Shown here: positions 28,923 to 37,723 of the stretch, piece after piece | Numbering within the stretch: the stretch's first letter is position 1 | Layout of the letters: every line of letters begins with the position of its first letter | Source of the DNA: a bacterium | GTDB lineage: Bacteria; UBP15; UBA6099; JAJRTR01 | NCBI GenBank assembly: GCA_024278215.1 | Contig: JAJRTR010000093.1 | Location: 1-45,783, forward strand | DNA length: 45,783 nucleotides | Direction: 5' to 3' | Program-made: the position numbers and the translations under genes | Notes under the pieces: generated by a model | Databases searched by the model: none | Told to the model about the DNA's origin: nothing | What the model saw: the letters and a program-made list of their open reading frames with translations, nothing else

Positions 28923-29660
28923 ATGATAACCGCGGAAAATCTCAGCAAAGTATTTGTAGCCGGCGGACTGAATCCGTTCGGGAAACCGGCCCGAACAACG
29001 GCTCTCGACGATGTCACGTTTGAAATCGGCAGTGGAGAGACGGTGGCTCTTGTCGGACGCAACGGCTCGGGCAAAACAACTTTGCTGAAAATTCTTTCCA
29101 CGCTCATTCTGCCCGACGGCGGAAACGCGACTGTCGGCGGGCTGGACGTTGCCGGATCACCACGGAAAGTGAGAGAGATCATCGGTGTCGTCAACAGCGA
29201 CGAAAGGAGTTTCTACTGGCGGCTTACAGGAGCCGAAAACCTGTATCTGTTCGGCGCGCTGTACGACATCCCGCGCCGTGAGCTGCGAGGACGGGTCGTC
29301 GAGTCGTTGCGGCGATACGGACTTGCGGAACAAACGAATGTCCAGGTGCAGGCGTATTCGGCAGGAATGAAACAGCGGCTTTCGCTCGCTCGCGGCCTGT
29401 TGCACAAACCGTCCGTTCTGCTGATGGACGAACCAGGCAGGAGCGCCGACCCGGTATTCCGGGAAGAATTTTTCGAAAAGCTGCAAAACAGGGAGTTCAA
29501 TGAAGACGGGCGAACAGTCTTTTTCGCGACCCACAGTCTGCCGGAAGCGGTAGACGCTTCGGACAGGGTGCTGATGCTCGATCGTGGCCGGATTGTATTT
29601 TTCGACAGGCCGGGTTCGGTCGGCGCATTGAAAAGGATGATGTCGCGCGGCGACGCATGA
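28923..29660 (+). CDS. ABC exporter ATP-binding protein
   Basis: GRNGSGKT, YSAGMKQR, LLMDEP, ATH. Confidence 0.93.
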   Translation: MITAENLSKVFVAGGLNPFGKPARTTALDDVTFEIGSGETVALVGRNGSGKTTLLKILSTLILPDGGNATVGGLDVAGSPRKVREIIGVVNSDERSFYWRLTGAENLYLFGALYDIPRRELRGRVVESLRRYGLAEQTNVQVQAYSAGMKQRLSLARGLLHKPSVLLMDEPGRSADPVFREEFFEKLQNREFNEDGRTVFFATHSLPEAVDASDRVLMLDRGRIVFFDRPGSVGALKRMMSRGDA

Positions 29661-29664
29661 TTCC

Positions 29665-30480
29665 ATGATAACGACCTTTTGGAAAACAGGCATACTATTG
29701 AGGAAAATATTCCTCGAAGAGATCAGCTACAGGCTGAACTTCGTCATGGAAATCGGCACGATATTTTTCTATACAAGCGTGTTCTTCTTCATTGCAAAAA
29801 TCATCCCGTCATCCGGCGCGTTGTATCTCGATGATTACGGCGGCGACTACTTTTCTTTCGTGCTGATCGGACTCGCCTTCTCCGGCTTCATGAATGTCTG
29901 CCTCAGCACTTTTTCGACAACACTGCGCAACGAACAGATGACGGGCACTCTCGAAGCGCTGCTCACTACACCGACACCTGTCGGGGTGATACTATTCGCG
30001 CGTCTGCTCTGGAACTTCTTCTACGGCAGTGTCAACATCATAATCTATTTCATATTCGGCATCCTGCTGATGAGCGCGAACTACGGCGGCGCAAACCTGG
30101 CGGCCGTCCCGCTGATATTGCTGCTGTCACTTGTTTCTTTCAGTGCGATGGGGCTGATCTCGGCCTCGTTCATTCTTGTCTTCAAGCGCGGCGATCCGCT
30201 GAATATATTTCTCGGTTTCGCAACTGCTGTCGTGGGGGGAGTATACTTCCCTGTGGCGGCGCTTCCGAACACTTTGCGCGCTGTGTCGGCATATATTCCT
30301 CTTACGTATACACTGCGCCTGATGCGCGACGCCTGCATCCGGGGCGCCGGGATAAGTGAAATGAAGAGTGATATTCTGGTGCTCTCGATGATAACGGCGG
30401 TACTGCTTCCGCTGGGTATATTCTGCTTCGCCGCCGCTCTGAGACGCACCCGCCGCGACGGTTCGCTTTCTCATTATTGA
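29665..30480 (+). CDS. ABC-2 type permease
   Basis: About 6 TM helices; EQMTGTLEALLTTP, GGVYFPV. Confidence 0.9.
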   Translation: MITTFWKTGILLRKIFLEEISYRLNFVMEIGTIFFYTSVFFFIAKIIPSSGALYLDDYGGDYFSFVLIGLAFSGFMNVCLSTFSTTLRNEQMTGTLEALLTTPTPVGVILFARLLWNFFYGSVNIIIYFIFGILLMSANYGGANLAAVPLILLLSLVSFSAMGLISASFILVFKRGDPLNIFLGFATAVVGGVYFPVAALPNTLRAVSAYIPLTYTLRLMRDACIRGAGISEMKSDILVLSMITAVLLPLGIFCFAAALRRTRRDGSLSHY

Positions 30481-30488
30481 GTCGTCGG

Positions 30489-30511
30489 CCCGCATTGGTG
30501 AAATATGCGGG
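30489..30511. repeat. 23-bp palindromic direct repeat, copy A
   Basis: CCCGCATTGGTGAAATATGCGGG; 22/23 identical to 31762-31784. Confidence 0.8.
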
Positions 30512-30613
30512 CTGATTTCAATACCGTTTACTTTAGCAACAATGATGCGCAACAAAGCCTGTATTTATCGCGAATATTGATACCCATATCCTCTTAAGCG
30601 AACGGTATTGGGG

Positions 30614-31735
30614 CTAATCATTTTTCCCTGCCCATCCCCGCCACTGCATAAGCTTGTAAATCACGACTCCCGCGACGAAACCGACCGCCATGTTCGAGCC
30701 CGGAATAATAGATATACCGGCAGTCGCCGCGAGAGGCACGATATCCGCCGACAACTTCACGTCACGAGCGAACTTCATCATATTCAGCCCCACGAGAAAC
30801 ATCATCGAACCAATAATCGCCGTCGGAAAACTCGAGAAAACCGAAGCGATACTCGCCGCGAGAAACAGGCCCAGCGCGATCTCGATAACGCCTTCGATGA
30901 TGTTTGTGCCGCCTGTGCGCGCGCCATAGTAGTACTGTCCCGCAAGCCCGCCCACTCCACGACACATGGCCATACCGCCGAAAAACGGTACGATAATGTT
31001 GGTAAGCCCGTGGTCCATCGCGAGCGCACGCACAGACACTTTGCGGTCGGGCCAGTATTGCGTGATCGTGTCCGATGTGGCGATCACGGCATTGGTCGCC
31101 GTCAGCGGGAGCTGTGCCAGCCCCGCAAGGACAAACGCCGCCCATACATCGGCAACCGCCGGGACGCGAAACTGCGGCAGGCTCAGCGCGGGACCGGCCA
31201 GTCCGTGAAACAGGTCTTTGTACCACATTATGCCCAGCCCCAGCGCGACGAGCACGACAGCTGCCGGGGCGTACTTGTTTTCACGCAATGTAAAGATGAT
31301 GATAAGCGCGATAAGCGCGAGCGCCCATTCGCCACCGACGAGCTTCGCGCCCTGAAAAGCCAGCATCAGGCCCAGTGCCGTCTGTATCCCGCGCACCACG
31401 GGCTGCGGCGTTTGCTTTGCTATCCAGTCGATAAGACCGGTAGCCGACAGAAATATCCATGCGATGCCGACGCCGATACCGGCAGCATACACCATTTCCG
31501 GCTCCCACTTCTGCGCAATCGCAACCACCGCGATTACCTTCATCGGCTCGACAGGCATCGGCAATTTGTATATGAGCCCGGTCGCTATATTCGTCAGGCC
31601 CATCATCACAAGCAGTCCGCACGGGTCGACCCCGCACACGGCGAAGTAGCCCACCGCCAGCGGAAAAAACGTGCCCATGTCGCCCATCGAGCCCGCGAGT
31701 TCCCTCATGTTGAATTCAAAAACGCCGATCTTCAT
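30614..31735 (-). CDS. Putative molybdate/sulfate transporter (MOT1-like)
   Basis: ELAGSMGDMGTFFP, PMPVEPMK, QLPLTATNAVIAT, GGLAGQYYYGARTG. Confidence 0.88.
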   Translation of the reverse strand: MKIGVFEFNMRELAGSMGDMGTFFPLAVGYFAVCGVDPCGLLVMMGLTNIATGLIYKLPMPVEPMKVIAVVAIAQKWEPEMVYAAGIGVGIAWIFLSATGLIDWIAKQTPQPVVRGIQTALGLMLAFQGAKLVGGEWALALIALIIIFTLRENKYAPAAVVLVALGLGIMWYKDLFHGLAGPALSLPQFRVPAVADVWAAFVLAGLAQLPLTATNAVIATSDTITQYWPDRKVSVRALAMDHGLTNIIVPFFGGMAMCRGVGGLAGQYYYGARTGGTNIIEGVIEIALGLFLAASIASVFSSFPTAIIGSMMFLVGLNMMKFARDVKLSADIVPLAATAGISIIPGSNMAVGFVAGVVIYKLMQWRGWAGKND

Positions 31736-31761
31736 AAGCTATACTTATTTTACAGTTTTTA

Positions 31762-31784
31762 CCCGCATTGGTGAAATATGCAGG
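31762..31784. repeat. 23-bp palindromic direct repeat, copy B
   Basis: CCCGCATTGGTGAAATATGCAGG. Confidence 0.8.
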
Positions 31785-31906
31785 TTAGAGCCAGTTACAA
31801 GCTTGACACGACAATAGCAGTTTTGGAATAAAATCGAGTAATGCCGGAAACGCCAGGGTTCATCTTTATGTATCTCTCAGTCTCGAAATCGCATTCGAAG
31901 CCCTGA

Positions 31907-32824
31907 CTACATAATGTCTCTGAGGAAGCGTGCGGACCAGCCCATGGGCTTGAGCCTGATCTTTTCGCCCGCGAGTGCTTTCGAGAGGAGTTCGTGTGCG
32001 AGATCGGCGCGGTAGTCGAGCATCGCTTCTCCGGCTTCGGGCGATGCGTTTTCCGGGGTGCCCTGGTATGGGTCCATATCGGGGTCGCTGACCCACGCGA
32101 AGCCATGCGCCATAAAATAGAAATCGTGCGCGGCATCCTGCGCGCCTGCCTTTTCCAGTATCTTGCTGACTCCATGTAAAATCTTCGGCAATAATGTCAT
32201 CGGCGACTCTTTCGCCCTGCCGAGTGTCTTCCATGCCTCCCGAACCTTTTTCGGGTGCGCGGCGAGCATTAGCGAAGTCTCGTTTGTGCCTGCATGGGCG
32301 TCGTCCGGCGCGCCGACCGCATTCCCGGGCAGACCGGTCTTCTCGAGCAGGTCCGGGTCGCGGGCTATCATGCGGCGAAACGATTCGTGGAACGGCGCGA
32401 TGAGTGTGAACCCCTTTCGCGCAAGCCGCCGCGCGGCAAGTTCGATGCCCACCTGATGCGACGGACCACCGTGATTGTCGGTGAGCAACCAGTACTTGAA
32501 GCCCATGTCCGCAAGCGCTTTACCCATATCGAATACAGAAAAAAGAAGTGCCTGATATCTGACGGGGAAAGAGCCGGCTACAGGTATCGCGCCCGCGCCT
32601 ATATTCAGGCGCGGCAGCAGAACTATCGTCAGGCCGGGGTGCGACTTTTTCAACCTGTCGATAGTTCTGTCTCTGATTTCGTCCGCGATAAAAAGATCGG
32701 TTCCCATCGGCAGGTGCGGACCGTGTGTCTCGACCGGCGATACGGACGACATGAAAACGGTACTTTCCCTGTCGAGCCGCCCGATCTCGTCATAGGTCAT
32801 TTCTATGTATTCTTGTATTTCCAT
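31907..32824 (-). CDS. Creatininase/amidohydrolase family protein
   Basis: ETHGPHLPMGTD, NHGG, HAGTNETS; start at MEIQEY with AGGAG RBS. Confidence 0.9.
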   Translation of the reverse strand: MEIQEYIEMTYDEIGRLDRESTVFMSSVSPVETHGPHLPMGTDLFIADEIRDRTIDRLKKSHPGLTIVLLPRLNIGAGAIPVAGSFPVRYQALLFSVFDMGKALADMGFKYWLLTDNHGGPSHQVGIELAARRLARKGFTLIAPFHESFRRMIARDPDLLEKTGLPGNAVGAPDDAHAGTNETSLMLAAHPKKVREAWKTLGRAKESPMTLLPKILHGVSKILEKAGAQDAAHDFYFMAHGFAWVSDPDMDPYQGTPENASPEAGEAMLDYRADLAHELLSKALAGEKIRLKPMGWSARFLRDIM

Positions 32825-32934
32825 AACATCTCCTCTTTCCTCCTGATGTTGTGTCAACAAAGAAAAGGCGTAAGAAAGGTCATCGAAAAAACGATAAAAC
32901 TGTAGATCGGATTCCCATATCCCGCAAAAAGAAA

Positions 32935-32993
32935 CTGGATTCCCGCCTTCGCAGGAATGACACTAACAGCTACCCCGGACTTCAGTCGGGTAG
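32935..32993. repeat. REP-like palindromes
   Basis: CTGGATTCCCGCCTTCGCAGGAATGAC (ATTCCC-N-GGAAT type; degenerate counterpart at about 8350-8374) and CTACCCCGGACTTCAGTCGGGTAG. Confidence 0.55.
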
Positions 32994-33072
32994 TTCATTT
33001 CCTGATCGTCCCCAGAAATACAATTGCCTTTTATAAAACGCAGTTCAGTAAAAACCAACGCGACAAAAAAAC

Positions 33073-33243
33073 TTATGCTTCCGAGATGGCGTCGTTGGGG
33101 CAGACTTCCTCGCAGGCACCGCAATCGGTGCATTTCTCAGGGTCGACTTCATACTTCTCGTCGCCCTCGGTGATGGCTTCCTCGGGACATTCCGCTTCGC
33201 AGGCACCGCAGGCCACGCAGTCGTCTGATATTACATGAGGCAT
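33073..33243 (-). CDS. 2[4Fe-4S] ferredoxin, 56 aa (absent from ORF track)
   Basis: My translation: MPHVISDDCVACGACEAECPEEAITEGDEKYEVDPEKCTDCGACEEVCPNDAISEA; AAGGAG RBS. Confidence 0.95.
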   Translation of the reverse strand: MPHVISDDCVACGACEAECPEEAITEGDEKYEVDPEKCTDCGACEEVCPNDAISEA

Positions 33244-33381
33244 TGTGTATTTCTCCTTTCATTGTTTGTTGTTACGATCAGCGGAAGGTTTGACTCAACC
33301 GCGCCGAATCATGAAATAGTATATGTTGACGATTATATTTTTCAAGAGAAAAAACGGCCTGAAACAGTCAACAAAAATTGA

Positions 33382-34023
33382 TCAACGACCGATTTTCAGC
33401 CTGATCTTTTCAGGTTTTTTGCAACCCCTGAGCGAGTTGATCATTCCTTTCACCGTCTGGCCGACAAAGGCTTTGACAAACGGTTTCAACTCGATAAACT
33501 CGCCGTCCACCCACAATTTCACCTCACTCCTCGAGCCCTTCTGAAGATACTCACGCTCGATCATGCCGGCTATCCCGGCTATGTCGTCCGGCGCGTATAC
33601 GGGTAGTTCCGTGTCGACTTCGTGCGCCGCAACTATGCCTATCACACCGCCTATATTATTTTCAGTGTGAACGCCCGGCACCGCGCGCACTTCGAGTTTC
33701 GGCGCGTCCGCATCCTTGAAACCCTCGACGACAACGATATCGCACCATGTAAAATACTCTTCCACGATTTCCTCGAGCGGAAGCCCGGGCGCGTCGGGCC
33801 GGAAAAAGGACAACCCTGATTTCGTTATTAGCGCGGCAGCACCCGCACCGGCCACGGTGTATTTCGACGTGTCTTTTCCGGGCGTGTCAAGGTCCACATC
33901 GTGGTGCGTGTGTTTGACAACTCCCACACAGTATCCCCTGCACTTAAGTTCTCCGACAAGCTCGACAATAAGCGTGGTCTTTCCTGAGTTCGAACCGCCT
34001 GCAATACATATCACCGGTACCAT
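33382..34023 (-). CDS. mobB: Molybdopterin-guanine dinucleotide biosynthesis protein B
   Basis: GGSNSGKTT, VKHTHH, GKDT, VEGFK. Confidence 0.9.
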   Translation of the reverse strand: MVPVICIAGGSNSGKTTLIVELVGELKCRGYCVGVVKHTHHDVDLDTPGKDTSKYTVAGAGAAALITKSGLSFFRPDAPGLPLEEIVEEYFTWCDIVVVEGFKDADAPKLEVRAVPGVHTENNIGGVIGIVAAHEVDTELPVYAPDDIAGIAGMIEREYLQKGSRSEVKLWVDGEFIELKPFVKAFVGQTVKGMINSLRGCKKPEKIRLKIGR

Positions 34024-34035
34024 ACGCGACCTCCA

Positions 34036-35076
34036 TCAATTTGTGTCGTCTTCACTATCAGATTCATAACGGTCTGCCAGCCGTTTTTCAAACGCGGCGA
34101 GCAGGCTGTTCACTTTTTCCAATCCTGTTGTCGTATTTATCTTCACTCGCACAGCCGCCGCTCCATATAAACCTTTTATATACCAGGCGAGTGGGCCGCG
34201 CATCTCACGCACACCCTTTTCTTCTCCGACATCCGCGACATGAAGTTCGAGATGCCGCCGCGCGTCCGACAGCCGTTTCCTGAAATCCGGCGGCGGCGCG
34301 GGCACTCCGTCCCGCACAAGCCGGCGTGCACGCGCGGGCAGCCCCGGATCGCCCATGCTCGCTCGGCCTATCATCAGCGAATCGCAGCCTGTCTCTCTGA
34401 AACACCGCGCGGCGCTCTCCGGGTCCGCCACATCGCCCGAAGCGATCACGGGCACGTCGACAGCCGCCTTCAGTTTCGCTATGAGCGTCCAGTCCGCGCA
34501 GCCGCCGAAGCGCTGCACACGTGTGCGCGGGTGCAGTGCTACAGCCGCCGCGCCCGCGTCGGCGCACATCCGGGCGACCTCGACGCAGTTGATGCTGCGG
34601 CTGTCCCATCCCGATCTCATCTTAACCGTCACAGGAAGCCTCACAGCCTTCACAACAGCCGCCACGACACTCGCCGCAAGTTCCGGGTTCTGCATCAGAC
34701 GCACTCCCGCGCGGGTTTTCACCACCTTCGGCACAGGGCATCCCATGTTAATATCAATAATATCGGCTTTCCCGGTGTCTTCGATAATGCGGGCCGCTTC
34801 AGCCATTATGTCCGGTGTCGCGCCGAATATCTGAGCCGCCACATCGAGGTTTTCCGCTTCGGGCAGCGAATCTATCATATCCTCTGTTTTGTTGCTGCTG
34901 TAGACAAGTCCGTGACTGGTCAGGAGTCCCGAATAGATAAAATCGCACCCGTTGTCGATCAGCATCCGGCAGAACGCGCGCGTGTTCACACCCGCCATGG
35001 GTGCCATGATCACCCGCCGGTCAAACAACTCTTTTACATCTTTTTCGGCCAACCCGGAACCGACCCCCATGAACAT
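34036..35076 (-). CDS. dusB: tRNA-dihydrouridine synthase
   Basis: MAPMAG, QIFG, DINMGCP, VTVKMRSGWD, HPRT. Confidence 0.88.
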   Translation of the reverse strand: MFMGVGSGLAEKDVKELFDRRVIMAPMAGVNTRAFCRMLIDNGCDFIYSGLLTSHGLVYSSNKTEDMIDSLPEAENLDVAAQIFGATPDIMAEAARIIEDTGKADIIDINMGCPVPKVVKTRAGVRLMQNPELAASVVAAVVKAVRLPVTVKMRSGWDSRSINCVEVARMCADAGAAAVALHPRTRVQRFGGCADWTLIAKLKAAVDVPVIASGDVADPESAARCFRETGCDSLMIGRASMGDPGLPARARRLVRDGVPAPPPDFRKRLSDARRHLELHVADVGEEKGVREMRGPLAWYIKGLYGAAAVRVKINTTTGLEKVNSLLAAFEKRLADRYESDSEDDTN

Positions 35077-35233
35077 ATCTCCCGCATATTATCTCCAGTG
35101 CCGGAAAGTTCGGCACCTGTAGATTCGCAGATAATATTATAGCAATGTGGAGGAAAAAACTTATCGGTTCAGGAAATTGAGACATCGAGGCGCTGCTTGC
35201 TGTGTTATGCACACGGTGAGTCCGGGCAGCGGA

Positions 35234-35788
35234 TCAGCTCGAGGATTTTGTCGTAAAAGAACCTGTAGTCTGCATGCCCGAATAATCGGGTGAAGTGCCG
35301 TCTGTATAAAGCAGATTCGTCGGCATCGTAATATTTGTTATCGTGTATGCCGTCGAAGGTTCGAGCGTATGCAGGCCTGCGGATTCGAGTGTTGAATTCG
35401 ACTTGAGTTTGAAGCTGAGCGTATCGTTTGCCGTGTTGGACGAACCCAGAAGGAATGAGCCGTAATCGGAATAATTTGAATAGTTAATCGTGAATGTGTC
35501 GCCAGTCGATGTTTTTTTGATGGTAATAGAGAAACCGGTTATTGAAGATGTAGTATTGGAGTCCAGGCTTTTGGGGAAAACAATGCTGAAAGTAGTTCCG
35601 TCATACTCGACACCTGTCTGGCCGTCCACGGGTGAAAAATATATGCCGGTATAGCAGAGCCAGGGGTTCTTCACACAGGCGTCCGTCGTACCACTGCCAC
35701 CGCCGCAGCCCACGGCAAAGCCCGCAACCGCAGTCAGCACAATGGCCAGCAACACAATAATAGATTTCTTGTATCTGGAAACAGGCAT
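35234..35788 (-). CDS. Ser/Thr-rich lipoprotein, Ig-like
   Basis: Lipobox AVGC plus Gly linker; SPVDGQTGV...LEPSTAYTITN...FTT pattern. Confidence 0.7.
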   Translation of the reverse strand: MPVSRYKKSIIVLLAIVLTAVAGFAVGCGGGSGTTDACVKNPWLCYTGIYFSPVDGQTGVEYDGTTFSIVFPKSLDSNTTSSITGFSITIKKTSTGDTFTINYSNYSDYGSFLLGSSNTANDTLSFKLKSNSTLESAGLHTLEPSTAYTITNITMPTNLLYTDGTSPDYSGMQTTGSFTTKSSS

Positions 35789-35915
35789 TCGTCATCCACC
35801 TTCCGAACCTCCCGCACCACATAAACAAGTCGATGGTTCCGGTTCATATTCCTGTGATAATTCCGCACTGTTTTGAAAAAATATACACTTGGGTTCTATG
35901 CCCAGTCAATAGATA

Positions 35916-36425
35916 TTATACCACATTTTGCTTCGCCGCAGTCATAACACCCGATAAAAACTTCATAAAATGCAGTATATATTCCGCAACAAGCGAGTGC
36001 TTGAACAATGAATTATCCAGCCCTCCCGCCTTCGCCTCCACAATGAGCAACACGAGGCCGATAAGGATCACCCCCTGGAGGATACCCACCGCGAGCCCGG
36101 CCAGCCTGTCCACGATGCCCAGAAATGTTTTGCCGATAAGTTTCGATATCGCCCAACCAAGCAGCGACGCCGTTATGCTTACAATAATCACTATCGCCGC
36201 AAATCCCAGCACATTGGCAACCAACTCGTTTTTATCCACCCACGGAAGGAAAACCCTCGCCGCCTCTTCGTAGTAGAACCTCGCCAGCACAACACCGCCG
36301 ACCAGACCCGCGAGCGACAACACTTCTTTCACAAAGCCGCGAAACACGCACCTGATGCCAAACAGCAATATTATTCCGAGCATCACAAAGTCTGCTGTTG
36401 AAAACTTCGCCGCGAACTCACCCAA
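35916..36425 (-). CDS. cvpA: CvpA family membrane protein
   Basis: D...RGFVKEVLSL, DRLAGLAVG. Confidence 0.8.
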   Translation of the reverse strand: MGEFAAKFSTADFVMLGIILLFGIRCVFRGFVKEVLSLAGLVGGVVLARFYYEEAARVFLPWVDKNELVANVLGFAAIVIIVSITASLLGWAISKLIGKTFLGIVDRLAGLAVGILQGVILIGLVLLIVEAKAGGLDNSLFKHSLVAEYILHFMKFLSGVMTAAKQNVV

Positions 36426-36431
36426 CTGTGC

Positions 36432-37646
36432 TCACATCCCTTTCTTCGTGCCGCCGAACTTCACGGCTGCTGCTCTACGCGCGGTTTCCATCACGTCCGC
36501 GAGTGGAATATTGTTCTCGCGGGCGATCTCCGCGCAGTCTTCATATTCAGGATTGACATTTATAAGCTCATCATTCAGCCTGCCCAATTTTACCCGCACA
36601 GTTCCGTGCGCTGTTTCCACACTCACTGTCTCCCGCTCGGCGCACAAGCGCGACACCCGCTGGAAACGCACTCCCAGCGTGCTTGTCTCCCTCATAATAT
36701 AATCGGCGACATCGCCCAGCATGCCGGGCGCGCACAGAACATTCAATATAAAACCCGGTCTGTTTTTTTTCATATATATCGGCTCTGTATAAACGTCCAT
36801 CGCGCCTGCGGCAAGCAGTCGCTCGCATACATAGCCGCACACGCGCGGGTCCATATCGTCGATATTCGTCGCGATGTGCATGATCTCCTCGAGCCCGGCA
36901 CGCACCGGCCCGGCAGCTTCGCCGACGAAAGCGCGCAGGATATTCGGATGTCCGAAATCCGACGCCCCGGCGCCGTGGCCCACTCGCAGGAGCGTCATAG
37001 CCGGTATCGGCCCGAAATCCGCTGCCAACTGCGTAATCAGCAGAGCGCCCGTAGGTGTCGTCAGCTCACCCTCGAACCGCGAAAACACCGGCGCGCCCTC
37101 CAGCAGCTTCGCCGCGGCAGGCGCGGGCACGGGCAACACGCCATGCCGCATCTCGACAAAACCCGTTCCGACATTCACCGGTGACGAATGCACCGCGTCC
37201 ACACCCAGCATCTCGAGCGCGACATGCGTGCCGGCGATGTCGACAATAGTGTCCAGTCCACTCAGTTCGTGGAACTGTATCTCGCGTGTCGGTTTTCCAT
37301 GAATCTCACCCTCGCACGCTGCGAGCCTTTCGAAAGCCGCAATCGTTTTTGCCTTTATCACCTCGTCGAGATCGCAGCCGCCGATGATTTTCTCGACATC
37401 ATCGAGCCGCCGCGCGGGACCGCCGCCGCCCTCGCAGCCATTCACCCTGAACGAACACCCCCTGATGCCGTGCCGCCGCACTTCGCGCGTCTCGCACTCG
37501 GGGCCTTCCTCAAGTCCGAGTTTTTTCATCTCGTCGAGCCATCCGTCAAAATCCACACCAAGGTCGAAAAGAGCGCCGAGTATCATATCCCCGCTCACTC
37601 CGAAAGAACAGTCGAAATAAATAATTTTTGTTTTGCCCGAATTCAT
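36432..37646 (-). CDS. larC: Nickel pincer cofactor biosynthesis protein LarC
   Basis: FDCSFGVSGDMILGAL, FHE, PVPAPA, ELTTPTGA, TNIDD, MKKNRPG, ETSTLGVR, PEYEDC. Confidence 0.93.
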   Translation of the reverse strand: MNSGKTKIIYFDCSFGVSGDMILGALFDLGVDFDGWLDEMKKLGLEEGPECETREVRRHGIRGCSFRVNGCEGGGGPARRLDDVEKIIGGCDLDEVIKAKTIAAFERLAACEGEIHGKPTREIQFHELSGLDTIVDIAGTHVALEMLGVDAVHSSPVNVGTGFVEMRHGVLPVPAPAAAKLLEGAPVFSRFEGELTTPTGALLITQLAADFGPIPAMTLLRVGHGAGASDFGHPNILRAFVGEAAGPVRAGLEEIMHIATNIDDMDPRVCGYVCERLLAAGAMDVYTEPIYMKKNRPGFILNVLCAPGMLGDVADYIMRETSTLGVRFQRVSRLCAERETVSVETAHGTVRVKLGRLNDELINVNPEYEDCAEIARENNIPLADVMETARRAAAVKFGGTKKGM

Positions 37647-37723
37647 ATCTTTCAGCAATGTAAACACGTATCCGTCCATAGGGCGGCAACTCCACACCCG
37701 TGAACGGAACGGAAATATATATT

